Assembly (NCBI GenBank): GCA_035714785.1
Contig: DASTLQ010000011.1
Span: 6,124-70,123, forward strand
Direction of reading: 5' to 3'
Length of the DNA stretch: 64,000 nt
Origin: Minisyncoccota bacterium
Lineage (GTDB): Bacteria > Patescibacteriota > Minisyncoccia > Phycocordibacterales > UBA9973
This document shows, piece after piece, positions 26,176 through 36,076 of this stretch (position 1 is the first letter of the stretch; the number at the start of each line of letters is the position of its first letter). Both the position numbers and the translations under genes were made by a program. The notes below the pieces were generated by a model. That model was not told where the DNA came from and made no database searches. It saw only the letters and a list, made by a program, of their open reading frames with translations.

Positions 26176-28377
26176 CTAGATGACGTTTTGTCCCGACTCA
26201 TCGCGATTAATTCTTTCTAGTACTTCTCTTGGCTTTGCTCCATCTCCGGGACCGATCACTCCGCGTTCTTCTAGGGTATCCATCAGTCTTGCTGCACGAG
26301 CGTATCCAAGCTTTAGCTTTCTTTGTAGGAATGAAGTAGAAGCTTTTCCTGACTCTACTACGCAGGCGCGAGCTTCTTCATACATTTCATCTTCGTCGCC
26401 ATCGAGGGTGCTTTCAAAAATACTTTTATCAGCAGAAATTGAGCCTTCGGTAAAGGTGATCTCTTGATTTACCTCATCTCTATATGCATCAGCCAGATAT
26501 TTTACAACGTTTTTCACTTCAAGCTCAGAGATAAAGGCGCTTTGCAAACGTTCAGGCTGAGCATCTCCAGAAGAATAGAGCATATCTCCAGCTCCGAGTA
26601 GTTTTTCTGCTCCTCCTGCATCCAAGATAGTGCGAGAGTCTATCTGAGAAGAAACCTTTAGGGCAATACGGGCAGGGATGTTTGCTTTGATGAGTCCAGT
26701 GATGACATTTACTTCAGGACGCTGTGTAGAAAGGATGAGGTGAATGCCGACAGCACGGGACATTTGTGCCAAGCGCACGATTGCGGATTCTAGTTCTCTA
26801 GGATATGAGCTCATGATGTCTGCCAATTCGTCGATGATGATGACAATATATGGCATTCGGTCCATTCCTTCTTCTCCATCATCGGTTTTACCCTTTTTCG
26901 CCTTTTCGCTGAGGATATTTTGGTGGTAAGAGGTGATATCACGCACAGATTCAGACTCAAGGATGTCATAGCGCCTATCCATTTCCTTTGCTGCCCATTT
27001 TAGGGCTAGGATAGCTTTCTTTGCGTCTGTAATGACTGGAGTGAGTAGGTGAGGGATGTTTTTATACAAAGTAAGCTCCACTCTCTTGGGGTCTATCAAG
27101 ATGAATCTGAGGTCTTCTGGTCCGTTTCTATACAAAAGGGAAGTGACTATAGAGTGGATGGATACAGACTTACCGCTACCAGTGGTTCCTGCTACTAGAC
27201 AGTGGGGCATTTTGGCCAAGTTTCCAAAAGCAGCACGTCCAGCGATAGATCGGCCGAGGGCGATGGTGAGGGGTTTGCCAGAATCCCTGAATTTTGCATC
27301 CGCCAGCATAGTAGCCAAGCCAACAGTAGACTTCACTCTGTTTGGGATCTCGATCCCCACGAGGGATTTGCCAGGGATAGGGGCTTCGATACGTATAGGG
27401 TGAGCAGCCAGAGCTAGGGCAAGGTCGTTTTGCAATCCTACGATACGAGATAGCTTCACTCCTTCGGCAGGCTTTAGGGCATAGCGAGTGACGGTAGGTC
27501 CGATGGTGATTTCATCCATTTCAACTTCGATGCCAAAGTTTTGCAGTGTGCGTTTGATGATGATGGAGTTTGCTTTCACATCTCCAGTATTTGGCTTTCC
27601 TTTGTCTTCCTCAAGGAGCGAGAGTGGGGGAGGGGTGTAGCTCGAAGCAAGCCCATGATTTTTTGTTTTTAGTTTTGTGAATCCAAAATCCTCTTCCTCC
27701 TCCTTTTTTCCATCTTTCTTTACCGGTTCGGTTACGATCGGCTCCTTTTCCATTGGCAGTTCAATTTTTTCTCCGAGAAGAATAGTAGGACCATCGTCTT
27801 CTTCATCTCCTAGAGCTTCGAGTTTTTCATCGAGCACATCTTTTTTGTTGGAGATCAGTCTGTAGAGAGATTTCAAAAGTGGGCCTAAGTCAGGACGTGC
27901 ATCAAACATGAGGAATATAGAAATGATGAGGATGGCGCCGAGGAACACGATGCTCGCATAGATATCAAAAAGAGAAACAAAAGGCACCGCCAGTACCTGC
28001 CCAAGCACTCCTCCAGCATGAGATCCTGAAGCGACGTCTATCATGCCGAGACCAGAGAGTAAAAATAGAACGGAAGCAAAAACTTGCATCAGTCCGTACT
28101 GCGTTCTTTCAGGTTTCAAAAAAGCAGTTCCGATCATAGCAAAAAGAATCGGAATGAGCATGTATCCGATTCCTACCAAGTAATCAAAAAATTCATAAGT
28201 GACCCTGCCCGCTTTTCCAGCGAAGTCAAAGTACGACATCAAAAAGAATAAAGCGACCACAAATGAGACTACCGATGCGATGCCGTAGCGTGTGTCATTG
28301 GAGATAGGAACTTTGCGTTCCCGGGGGGATTCTTTTTGCGAAACGAGTTTAGATTTCTTCTTGCTGTTTTTTGCCAT
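26176..28377 (-). CDS. ftsK: DNA translocase FtsK/SpoIIIE
   Basis: N-terminal TM segments, a linker, then motor domain LVAGTTGSGKSV and FtsK-gamma-like C-terminus; 733 aa. Confidence 0.93.
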   Translation of the reverse strand: MAKNSKKKSKLVSQKESPRERKVPISNDTRYGIASVVSFVVALFFLMSYFDFAGKAGRVTYEFFDYLVGIGYMLIPILFAMIGTAFLKPERTQYGLMQVFASVLFLLSGLGMIDVASGSHAGGVLGQVLAVPFVSLFDIYASIVFLGAILIISIFLMFDARPDLGPLLKSLYRLISNKKDVLDEKLEALGDEEDDGPTILLGEKIELPMEKEPIVTEPVKKDGKKEEEEDFGFTKLKTKNHGLASSYTPPPLSLLEEDKGKPNTGDVKANSIIIKRTLQNFGIEVEMDEITIGPTVTRYALKPAEGVKLSRIVGLQNDLALALAAHPIRIEAPIPGKSLVGIEIPNRVKSTVGLATMLADAKFRDSGKPLTIALGRSIAGRAAFGNLAKMPHCLVAGTTGSGKSVSIHSIVTSLLYRNGPEDLRFILIDPKRVELTLYKNIPHLLTPVITDAKKAILALKWAAKEMDRRYDILESESVRDITSYHQNILSEKAKKGKTDDGEEGMDRMPYIVIIIDELADIMSSYPRELESAIVRLAQMSRAVGIHLILSTQRPEVNVITGLIKANIPARIALKVSSQIDSRTILDAGGAEKLLGAGDMLYSSGDAQPERLQSAFISELEVKNVVKYLADAYRDEVNQEITFTEGSISADKSIFESTLDGDEDEMYEEARACVVESGKASTSFLQRKLKLGYARAARLMDTLEERGVIGPGDGAKPREVLERINRDESGQNVI

Positions 28378-28492
28378 ATGGATTATTCTACCACTTTCTT
28401 TATAGATTATTAAATTCCTCTACGGACAAACCCGTTTCTTTTAGAGTACTTTAAAGATTTGCTTTTTTCTCTGTCCTATATATAATGGACAC

Positions 28493-29359
28493 ATGTTTGG
28501 GGAGGAAAAAAAACTAAAAGACACAGCCGGGAATACTATAAAAGACACCGATTCCATGCCTGTCTCTTATGATTCCAGCGCTCCCACTTCTAATGTCAAA
28601 ATAGGTACATATAGAAAGTCCGATAAGCTCGTGACCGCCCTATTTATGGTAACGGACATCCTAGACAAAGATGAGCCCATCCGCGGAAAGCTCCGATCCC
28701 TCGCCACCGACCTCCTATCAGACATCTACGCTATCTCTTCCGCATATCGGACAGGCAATGTCTCTCGGACTGCGATAGTACTCGGCACTGACACAAAAAT
28801 CTCCCAGATCATTTCCTTCCTCGAAATCGCATCATCCATCGCTCTCATTTCCGAGATGAATGCGAGTATCTTAAAGAAAGAATTTTTTGAGCTAAAGAAT
28901 GCTTTAAAAGACTTCACCGAAAGCGAAACCAAAGTATCATGGCTCGAAGAATTTCTGATCGAAAATCCTGCCGAAAATAATCCAGAAATTTTACCAGAAA
29001 AAAATTCATTTAGAGCGCTCGGCAATGCAGTCAAAAATGTTCACCTCCCATATCAAAACCCAAATGGTGTCCGTAAGACAGAAATATCAAAGAAGGTGAT
29101 AGTGTCCGATAAAGCACCTGCGCACTCTAGTGTAAAGGACACATTCGACCACCTAAAAAGACAGCGACGAGATGAGATATTGAGGATAGTAAAGGGTAGT
29201 AATACAGGCAGTACGATAACGGACATTCGCACCAAGGCGACCGGCGTGTTAGCCTCCTGCGGAGAAAAGACACTACAGCGAGAACTAGTCTCAATGGTAG
29301 GGGACGGTGTCCTTAAGAAGGAGGGAGAGAAGCGCTGGAGCAGGTATTCTACCCGCTAA
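28493..29359 (+). CDS. hypothetical protein with putative C-terminal winged-helix DNA-binding domain
   Basis: No catalytic motif. The C-terminal ~70 aa (RQRRDEILRIVKGSNTGSTITDI..LQRELVSMVGDGVLKKEGEKRWSRY) look like a wHTH. Confidence 0.45.
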   Translation: MFGEEKKLKDTAGNTIKDTDSMPVSYDSSAPTSNVKIGTYRKSDKLVTALFMVTDILDKDEPIRGKLRSLATDLLSDIYAISSAYRTGNVSRTAIVLGTDTKISQIISFLEIASSIALISEMNASILKKEFFELKNALKDFTESETKVSWLEEFLIENPAENNPEILPEKNSFRALGNAVKNVHLPYQNPNGVRKTEISKKVIVSDKAPAHSSVKDTFDHLKRQRRDEILRIVKGSNTGSTITDIRTKATGVLASCGEKTLQRELVSMVGDGVLKKEGEKRWSRYSTR

Positions 29360-29369
29360 AATATCCTTA

Positions 29370-29398
29370 ATTGACAACACTTAAAATTATGTTATACT
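29370..29398 (+). promoter_or_regulatory. near-consensus sigma70-type promoter (TTGACA-16-TATACT) ~420 bp upstream of surface-protein gene 1
   Basis: TTGACAACACTTAAAATTATGTTATACT. An 8-bp perfect inverted repeat TGACGATT-CTT-AATCGTCA lies 15 bp downstream (29416-29434). Confidence 0.45.
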
Positions 29399-29816
29399 GT
29401 ATTTCAAGTCATATTTGACGATTCTTAATCGTCATAATATGCGAGATCACGATTATCTATTCTTTTGCTGGCCCAGCCATTTGAGAGAAAAGAGAAAACG
29501 GGATCGGTTTTCCACATAATATATTGCTGTAATACGTTACACGGTATATTATATTGGTACTGCAAATTACAGATCCTTTGTGGGTTTGTGAAATGCGTTT
29601 AGTTCGAATCTGTTCATTGTCTTCCTAAATCGTCTTTTTATAATTATTCGGCGAAGAGGGAATCCAATGATAGAGAAACATGCGTTAATAGTTTTGTTCC
29701 CACATACTAAAAATGTTGGAACATGTCGAGACTATAATAACGGCGCATAAAAACCTAAGTTCATTTCTATTATTTTTAAAATACTAGAGTGAGCAAAGGA
29801 TTATAAAGTTAATATT

Positions 29817-31694
29817 ATGAGTAATTTACTAAAATCAAAAGTCCTTCTTGGATTAATGGTTGTAGCAGTTATGGTCGCTGGAGTTTTTGCTTTCACAGCA
29901 AACACTGCAGACGCTCAGGTTGCATGTACAGTCGTTTCTACATTGAGGCAGGGTTCTGTTGGCACAGAAGTAATGTGTCTTCAGACCAAACTTGGAATCA
30001 CTGCTGATGGCAAATTCGGTCCTATGACCGCAGCTGCTGTTAGAGCTTTCCAAACAGCAAACGGTCTATCCGCTGATGGCATTGTAGGTCCTATGACCCG
30101 CTCTGTCCTAGGGGGTGGAGCTGTTGTGACTCCTGGACTTCCAGCTGGTTGTACTTCAACCGCAGGATATAGCCCAGTAACAGGTCAGCCATGTTCAGGT
30201 GGTTCAGGCGTAAATCTTCCAGCAGGTTGTACTTCAACCGTTGGATACAGCCCAACTACCGGAGTAAAGTGTGATGGAACTTCAACCCCACCCGTAACAA
30301 CTACAGGTGAAGGTGTTGTTACATTATCTTACGCTCCCGTTCCAGCCAACAGCACTTCTGTTGACAAAGGACAAAGCAAGAACGTAATGGCATTAGAGGT
30401 GAAGGCTACTGGTTCTGATATGAATGTTAACCGTATTTGGTTGAACATTGGTACACGAGCTTGGTTGTCTGCTAGTGAAGTAGCTATCATGGATGGATCA
30501 ACAGTTATTGCGACTCTTCCACTTTCAGCTTCCACAGTTAGCGAAGTTACAGCAGGTTCTGTATGGCGTCTTGAGTTTAACGGTTTGAACATAAACGTTC
30601 CTGTTAATACTACAAAGACATTGACCTTCAAGGTTACTCGTCCAGAACTTACAAGTGCTAATGACAATATAGTTATTGCTACATCAAGTACCTTAAGAGC
30701 AACTGATGGAGCAGGATTCTCTGAGACTTACACTCTAGGGGGTCGCACATGGGTTATGTCATCTAACACTGCTGCAGTAGGTACATTGACAAACACTCTA
30801 AGCGCAAGCAATCCAAAAGCTCAGTCAAACTCTGGTCTTAGCACTACAGCTGGTAGTTTGACAGCAGTTGAATTACTTCGTTTCGACCTTAAAGCGAAAG
30901 ACGGAGCTGTTAATGTTACTAGAGTTCAAGGTACAGTTGCTGTAGCTAGTGGAACTTGTGCGTTAGCAGAATGTCTTGCTTCCGTAGAACTTCGCGACGG
31001 TTCAACTGTTCTTTCTTCAAAGTCAGCGGCTTCACCGTTTGACTTTAACGAATTGGACATTGATATTGCTGAGGGCGCTACTAAGACTCTATCTGTTTGG
31101 GGTCAGGCTAATCACGTTGCTGCGAGCTTCGTAGTAAAAGGTGATGCCATCGTTGCTGCTGTAACAGCAGTGACTGGTACATCAGGTCCTTCCTTTACAG
31201 CTGCAAACGCTGCAAACACTGTAACTGGAAATAATCAATACCTCTTTGAGTATGCTCCTACAATCACGTTAGGTGCAGCTTCTGCAACGAACTCAGGAGT
31301 AGATAATAGAGATGGCTCGTTCTCACTTGCCTTCAATATTACTGCCCCAGCTGGAAGTGATATATATGTATCCAATACAGCTGTTTCTACTAACGCTGCT
31401 AGCAGGTTCTTTGCTGAAAAGACAGCAGCCATGGGAGGAACATTGGCTGTGTCCCTTTCCGCTACCAACGCTACTGCTGTAGGTGGAGACTTGGCTTATA
31501 GAATTTCCGCTGGACAAACTGCTACGTTTACCGTAACAGGATTGGTACCAGGTGCAACGGGAACAGCTGGCTTTACTGGTATGAAGTTGACTGAATTTGA
31601 TTGGAATACTACTAATGCTACTGCTGGAGACGTAGACCAAACTTGGGGTCTAACAGACTTCAAGACGCCTGCAGTGTTTGTTACAGGCGCTTAG
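29817..31694 (+). CDS. large Thr/Ala/Gly/Ser-rich cell-surface protein with N-terminal peptidoglycan-binding domain
   Basis: N-terminal signal/TM. PG_binding_1-like repeats (LQTKLGITADGKFGPMTAAAVRAFQTANGLSADGIVGPMT). Then ~500 aa of low-complexity T/A/G/S/V-rich beta sequence. Confidence 0.7.
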   Translation: MSNLLKSKVLLGLMVVAVMVAGVFAFTANTADAQVACTVVSTLRQGSVGTEVMCLQTKLGITADGKFGPMTAAAVRAFQTANGLSADGIVGPMTRSVLGGGAVVTPGLPAGCTSTAGYSPVTGQPCSGGSGVNLPAGCTSTVGYSPTTGVKCDGTSTPPVTTTGEGVVTLSYAPVPANSTSVDKGQSKNVMALEVKATGSDMNVNRIWLNIGTRAWLSASEVAIMDGSTVIATLPLSASTVSEVTAGSVWRLEFNGLNINVPVNTTKTLTFKVTRPELTSANDNIVIATSSTLRATDGAGFSETYTLGGRTWVMSSNTAAVGTLTNTLSASNPKAQSNSGLSTTAGSLTAVELLRFDLKAKDGAVNVTRVQGTVAVASGTCALAECLASVELRDGSTVLSSKSAASPFDFNELDIDIAEGATKTLSVWGQANHVAASFVVKGDAIVAAVTAVTGTSGPSFTAANAANTVTGNNQYLFEYAPTITLGAASATNSGVDNRDGSFSLAFNITAPAGSDIYVSNTAVSTNAASRFFAEKTAAMGGTLAVSLSATNATAVGGDLAYRISAGQTATFTVTGLVPGATGTAGFTGMKLTEFDWNTTNATAGDVDQTWGLTDFKTPAVFVTGA

Positions 31695-31735
31695 TCTCTT
31701 CTATCTCTCTGGTCAATACACCTTAAAACGTATTA

Positions 31736-31766
31736 CAAAAAACCACCCTATGGGTGGTTTTTTGTT
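31736..31766 (+). terminator. rho-independent terminator after surface-protein gene 1
   Basis: AAAAAACCACCCTATGGGTGGTTTTTTG. Confidence 0.8.
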
Positions 31767-31931
31767 TTGCTGAGATCTCACCAAAAGATATCCACAGTCT
31801 CTATTTTATCTTTATATATTTGTAATTGGTATAATATAAACAGCTTTTAGAGCGTATCGCTTCTGGTCCGAAGTCGCGCTCGTTTAGTGTCTGTTTTCTT
31901 ATTAAAAATAATTATTAGAAATAAAAATAAT

Positions 31932-33944
31932 ATGAGTAAAGTATTTAAAAATGTTTTTCTTTCAGTCGGAATGCTTGCCTTCACATTGGCATTGACTGGA
32001 TTAGTTTCTACCAACACTGCAGAAGCGGCAGAATGTACTATGACCACAGGTACATGGACCGGTGTTGCGGGTGGTGTGAATGACGGTGCTACAAATGGTA
32101 CTTCTGTATTCACTGGATGTACGGGTAATTTGACCCCAGCTGTAGGTGATACTCTTCTTATCCCTGCTAACGTTGTTCTTCAAATTACTGGTGCTGGTAC
32201 AGCAACAGTAGCAGGAGTAACAATTGCTGACCCAGTAGCTACTGGAGCAAACGGTATTACTGTTGACACCGGTAAGACGTTTGCTGTTACTACTAATGTA
32301 ATTTTTGCTGCAAATACCGGAGCTCTTAATCAGACCATAACATTGAGTGGTACTGCGGCTCTTGCAGTTACAGGCGACATTACCATGAACGGTACAAGTA
32401 GTGACGGAAACCAGTCCATTACAGGTGCGGGGGCAGGCGTGGTTAATGCTGCCAATATTACTATTGCGGGTGGCTCTGCCTCGGGCGCAACTTCTATAAC
32501 AACAGCAACTGGAGTAATTCAAGTGAACGGTGCAACTGGTATTACGTTTAGCGGTAATGCGGCTAAAGCCCAAGTGGGTGTTAGTGGAGCAGGATCGCTT
32601 AATTTGGCTGGAACTACTTCAACTTTAGGAACAGGCGGTACAGTTACTCTAGCCGCTGCTTCAACTACTACTTTTTCCGGTTCAGGTAATCAAACTATAA
32701 ATACATATACATATGGAAATTTAACGATTAGTGGAGCAGGTACAAAAAGCATTGTAGCAGCAGGTACGGCTACTGTCGCTGGTGCACTTACTTTAACTCA
32801 CAGCCTTAACGTAGGGACTGGTACTATAGCTGTTACTGGTGCTACTACAATTGCTGATGCCAAGACACTTACAGTAGCTTCTGGTGGTACGGCTACTCTC
32901 GCAGCATTTACTGGTACTCTTACGGGATCTATAACAAACGCTGGTACTGTAACTGCTTCTGGTGCCATCACTCTTGGTGTTGGAGGAACAGTAACTAACA
33001 GTGGCACCTTCACTGCTGCTGGGACCTTTGGTACAGGCGCAGGTATTGTAGTTAATACCGGCACATTAAATTTGGCTGGAGCTGCTGGTAATGCTTTAAA
33101 TATCACGACACTAACTGCAAACACAGCAGGTACTATCAACTACACTCTTGCTGGAGCACAGACAGTCTTTGCTGGTGCTTACTACAATCTTAGTTTGGGT
33201 GGTAGTGGAGCAAAGACAATTGCAACTGGTACATCAGTCGTTAATACACTGTCTATGATTACGGGAGTTTCAGGTACCATTACAACAGGTGGAACTTCAA
33301 CTGCCCATATATTTAGATTTAATGGGTCAGCGCAAGCTACTGGTTCTTGGGGCACAGATACTTCAGCTGCCGCGAACAAAAGCGCTGTCTACTTTACAAC
33401 TGGCGCGAATGGTACGATAACAGTTGCACATAGACCTAGCGCAGGATCAGCTCCTGTTTACACCACGCCATCTACTCCTACAACCACCCCTCCGGTTACA
33501 ACCCCAGAAACCCCAGTCACTCCAGAAACTCCTGCAAATGATTTCGCAGGATGTGGAAACAGGACTACTGGATTTAGCACAAGCACAGGAAAATCTTGTG
33601 TGGGAAATACTGCCGGAGCTTCCGCAAACGATTTCGCTGGATGTGGAAATAGAACAACAGGATTTAGCCCAGCTACCGGTAAGTCTTGTGTAGGAAATAC
33701 TGTTTCTGCTCCACAAGGCAATGCTTATGCCCTCGGTACTGCATTAGTTAAATCAGGATCAAAGGGCGAAGCTTGCAAGGCTTGGCAGATGTTCTTGAAT
33801 GCTAAAGCAAATGCTGGACTTGCTACGGACGGAATGTGTGGACCAATGACCATGGCTAAAGCAAAAGCTTGGCAACAATCTGCAGGCTTGGTAGCTGATG
33901 GACTCTTGGGCGCAATGAGCCGAGCAAAGGCATTGATGCAATAA
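31932..33944 (+). CDS. large Thr/Gly/Ala-rich cell-surface/adhesin-like protein with C-terminal peptidoglycan-binding domain
   Basis: Signal peptide MSKVFKNVFLSVGMLAFTLALTGLVSTNTAEA. GT(A/G)-rich repetitive body. Two tandem 35-aa Cys-containing repeats (NDFAGCGNRTTGFS.(S/A)TGKSCVGNT) and a C-terminal PG-binding domain (ATDGMCGPMT..LVADGLLGAM). The ORF track start 31887 is trimmed to the signal-peptide Met. Confidence 0.7.
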   Translation: MSKVFKNVFLSVGMLAFTLALTGLVSTNTAEAAECTMTTGTWTGVAGGVNDGATNGTSVFTGCTGNLTPAVGDTLLIPANVVLQITGAGTATVAGVTIADPVATGANGITVDTGKTFAVTTNVIFAANTGALNQTITLSGTAALAVTGDITMNGTSSDGNQSITGAGAGVVNAANITIAGGSASGATSITTATGVIQVNGATGITFSGNAAKAQVGVSGAGSLNLAGTTSTLGTGGTVTLAAASTTTFSGSGNQTINTYTYGNLTISGAGTKSIVAAGTATVAGALTLTHSLNVGTGTIAVTGATTIADAKTLTVASGGTATLAAFTGTLTGSITNAGTVTASGAITLGVGGTVTNSGTFTAAGTFGTGAGIVVNTGTLNLAGAAGNALNITTLTANTAGTINYTLAGAQTVFAGAYYNLSLGGSGAKTIATGTSVVNTLSMITGVSGTITTGGTSTAHIFRFNGSAQATGSWGTDTSAAANKSAVYFTTGANGTITVAHRPSAGSAPVYTTPSTPTTTPPVTTPETPVTPETPANDFAGCGNRTTGFSTSTGKSCVGNTAGASANDFAGCGNRTTGFSPATGKSCVGNTVSAPQGNAYALGTALVKSGSKGEACKAWQMFLNAKANAGLATDGMCGPMTMAKAKAWQQSAGLVADGLLGAMSRAKALMQ

Positions 33945-33966
33945 AGAGAAGATTTCGATTTGCAAG

Positions 33967-34012
33967 ACCGCTTCCTCTCGCCACTGGCAGGGGAGCGGTT
34001 TTTGCGTTTTGG
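33967..34012 (+). terminator. putative terminator after surface-protein gene 2
   Basis: CCGCTTCCTCTCGCCACTGGCAGGGGAGCGGTTTTTGCGTTTTGG; imperfect GC stem + T-tract. Confidence 0.5.
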
Positions 34013-34105
34013 TATAGAGTTATGCACTTTTATTTTTGAAGAAATATTGCAAAGAGAGTATTATTAATGAAATAGAAATTTTTAAACAAATTAAAGGAGG
34101 CGGTC

Positions 34106-34324
34106 ATGCCTCAGGATCATCGCAGAAACTTTGAAAATGCAACTAGAGAACATCATCAGTGCCAACAGTGTGCAACAAGCATTCCTCGTACAGAGGACTT
34201 AAGTTTTGAAAGTAAAAAAGGGGAATACCAGGATGAAGGATATACTTTGCGTCACTGGATATGCCCGGAATGCAAGAACAGAAATTTGCACGAACGGGTA
34301 CCCGTGCAGGCACATTATAGATAA
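34106..34324 (+). CDS. small Cys4 zinc-ribbon protein (hypothetical)
   Basis: 72 aa with CxxC ... CxxC (CQQC..CPEC). Preceded by a strong SD (AAAGGAGG) 7 nt upstream. Confidence 0.5.
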   Translation: MPQDHRRNFENATREHHQCQQCATSIPRTEDLSFESKKGEYQDEGYTLRHWICPECKNRNLHERVPVQAHYR

Positions 34325-34399
34325 AAATTTATAAAAGCAGACCGAAAATCTGCTTTTTATTTTGCATGAACAATTTTCTAGGAGTACAATATCCATAAT

Positions 34400-35980
34400 A
34401 TGAACGAAAACAAAACTGGAAGAAGGATTGCGGGACCGGTGGTGCTCATGGTGCTCGATGGCTGGGGATATAGGGAAGACACGAAAGACAATGCCATTGC
34501 AGGCGCGCGAAAGCCCGTTTTTGATAGGTTATGGAGAGAATATCCTCATGCATTACTGAAGGCTTCCGGAGAGGCTGTGGGGCTTCCTGAGGGGCAAATG
34601 GGAAATAGCGAGGTGGGTCATATGACTATCGGAGCTGGACGGCCAGTGGATACAGATTTAGTGAGGATAGATAAAGCAATCAGCTCAGGAGATTTTGAAA
34701 AAAATCCTACATTTCTTGCGATTTTTGATCATGTAAAAAAGCACGGCTCTGTGCTTCATGTGCAAGGATTGGTTTCTCCAGGGGGAGTGCATAGTCATCA
34801 AAATCATCTTTATGCATTTTTACATTTAGCCAAGAAAAATGCTGTGCCAAAGGTGGCTATTCATGTGTTTACAGATGGGAGGGATACTGCTCCGCAGAGT
34901 GCTTCGGCGTATATGAAAGAGCTTGAGTCCGTGTTAGAGATTCTAAATGCAGACAGTGATCCAAAAAATCCCGCCTTCTTTATCGCCACTATCTCTGGTA
35001 GATATTTTGCAATGGACCGAGATCAAAACTGGGACCGCTTGGCAAAGACTGAGCAGGCTATGTTTGATTGCGAGGGGAATGTGTGTGAAATAAAGCCATC
35101 GGCGTACCTGGAAGAGCAATACCAAAAAGGAAAAAGTGATGAGCTTTTGGAGCCAGCAGTGTGTGCTACTCCACTTGGTCTTGGCTGTGCTATCGAAAAA
35201 AATGACGCAGTATTCTTTTTCAATTTTAGAGCAGACAGAGCGCGAATGCTTTCTGAAAAAATGCTTACTCGGCCAGATTTGCCAAATATTCTTTTTGCAA
35301 CTATGACGGAGTACAGGGCGGACTTTTCTTCACTGATTGCTTTTCCGCCTTTTGAACCTAGAGCAACCCTTGGTGGAGAGATTGCGCGGGCTGACATGAA
35401 GCAGTGTCATGTTGCCGAGACAGAAAAATTTGCTCACGTTACTTACTTTTTTAATTGTGGGAGAGAGACGCCGTATGAGGGTGAGAAAGATATCCTCCTG
35501 AAGAGTAGGACGGATATAAAGACGCATGACGAGGCGCCTGAAATGCAAGCGAAGGGGATTGCGGATGCTGTGATTGCAGAAATTGAAAAAGGAGAATGTG
35601 ATTTTATTCTATTAAATTTTGCTAACGCTGACATGGTGGGGCATACAGCCAACGTACCAGCCACTATTGAGGCGGTAGAGGTGGTAGACAGGGAGCTGGG
35701 GCGAATTATGGAGGCGTTAGAGAAAAAAGGTGGAGTGGCGCTCGTCACGGCCGATCATGGAAATGCGGAAGTAAATGTGGATCCTGCGACTGGAATCAGG
35801 CACACTGCGCACACTACTGCCTTGGTGCCGTTTGTGGTGACGGTTTCGGGGGAAATTGCGCACGTTGGTGGAGTGAAAGGTGATGCTCGAGCGGGCGGAC
35901 TGGCCGACGTTGCGCCTACCGTACTTTCCTTGCTCGGACTAGAAATCCCTAACGAAATGACCGGCCGACCTCTCATCTAG
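34400..35980 (+). CDS. gpmI: 2,3-bisphosphoglycerate-independent phosphoglycerate mutase
   Basis: LDGWG.R, NSEVGHMTIGAGR and the C-terminal metal-binding ADHGN; 526 aa. Confidence 0.93.
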   Translation: MNENKTGRRIAGPVVLMVLDGWGYREDTKDNAIAGARKPVFDRLWREYPHALLKASGEAVGLPEGQMGNSEVGHMTIGAGRPVDTDLVRIDKAISSGDFEKNPTFLAIFDHVKKHGSVLHVQGLVSPGGVHSHQNHLYAFLHLAKKNAVPKVAIHVFTDGRDTAPQSASAYMKELESVLEILNADSDPKNPAFFIATISGRYFAMDRDQNWDRLAKTEQAMFDCEGNVCEIKPSAYLEEQYQKGKSDELLEPAVCATPLGLGCAIEKNDAVFFFNFRADRARMLSEKMLTRPDLPNILFATMTEYRADFSSLIAFPPFEPRATLGGEIARADMKQCHVAETEKFAHVTYFFNCGRETPYEGEKDILLKSRTDIKTHDEAPEMQAKGIADAVIAEIEKGECDFILLNFANADMVGHTANVPATIEAVEVVDRELGRIMEALEKKGGVALVTADHGNAEVNVDPATGIRHTAHTTALVPFVVTVSGEIAHVGGVKGDARAGGLADVAPTVLSLLGLEIPNEMTGRPLI

Positions 35981-36052
35981 ATGTAAGGGGACCCCTTACA
36001 CCTAAACCTGTGGATAACATGCAAGGGGACCCCTTACATGTTTCCCTTACAT
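35981..36052. repeat. family A repeat (gpmI-ATPase intergenic)
   Basis: ATGTAAGGGGACCCCTTACACCTAAACCTGTGGATAACATGCAAGGGGACCCCTTACATG. Confidence 0.9.
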
Positions 36053-36076
36053 TCGTTTGTTGCTATAATGTAACCA

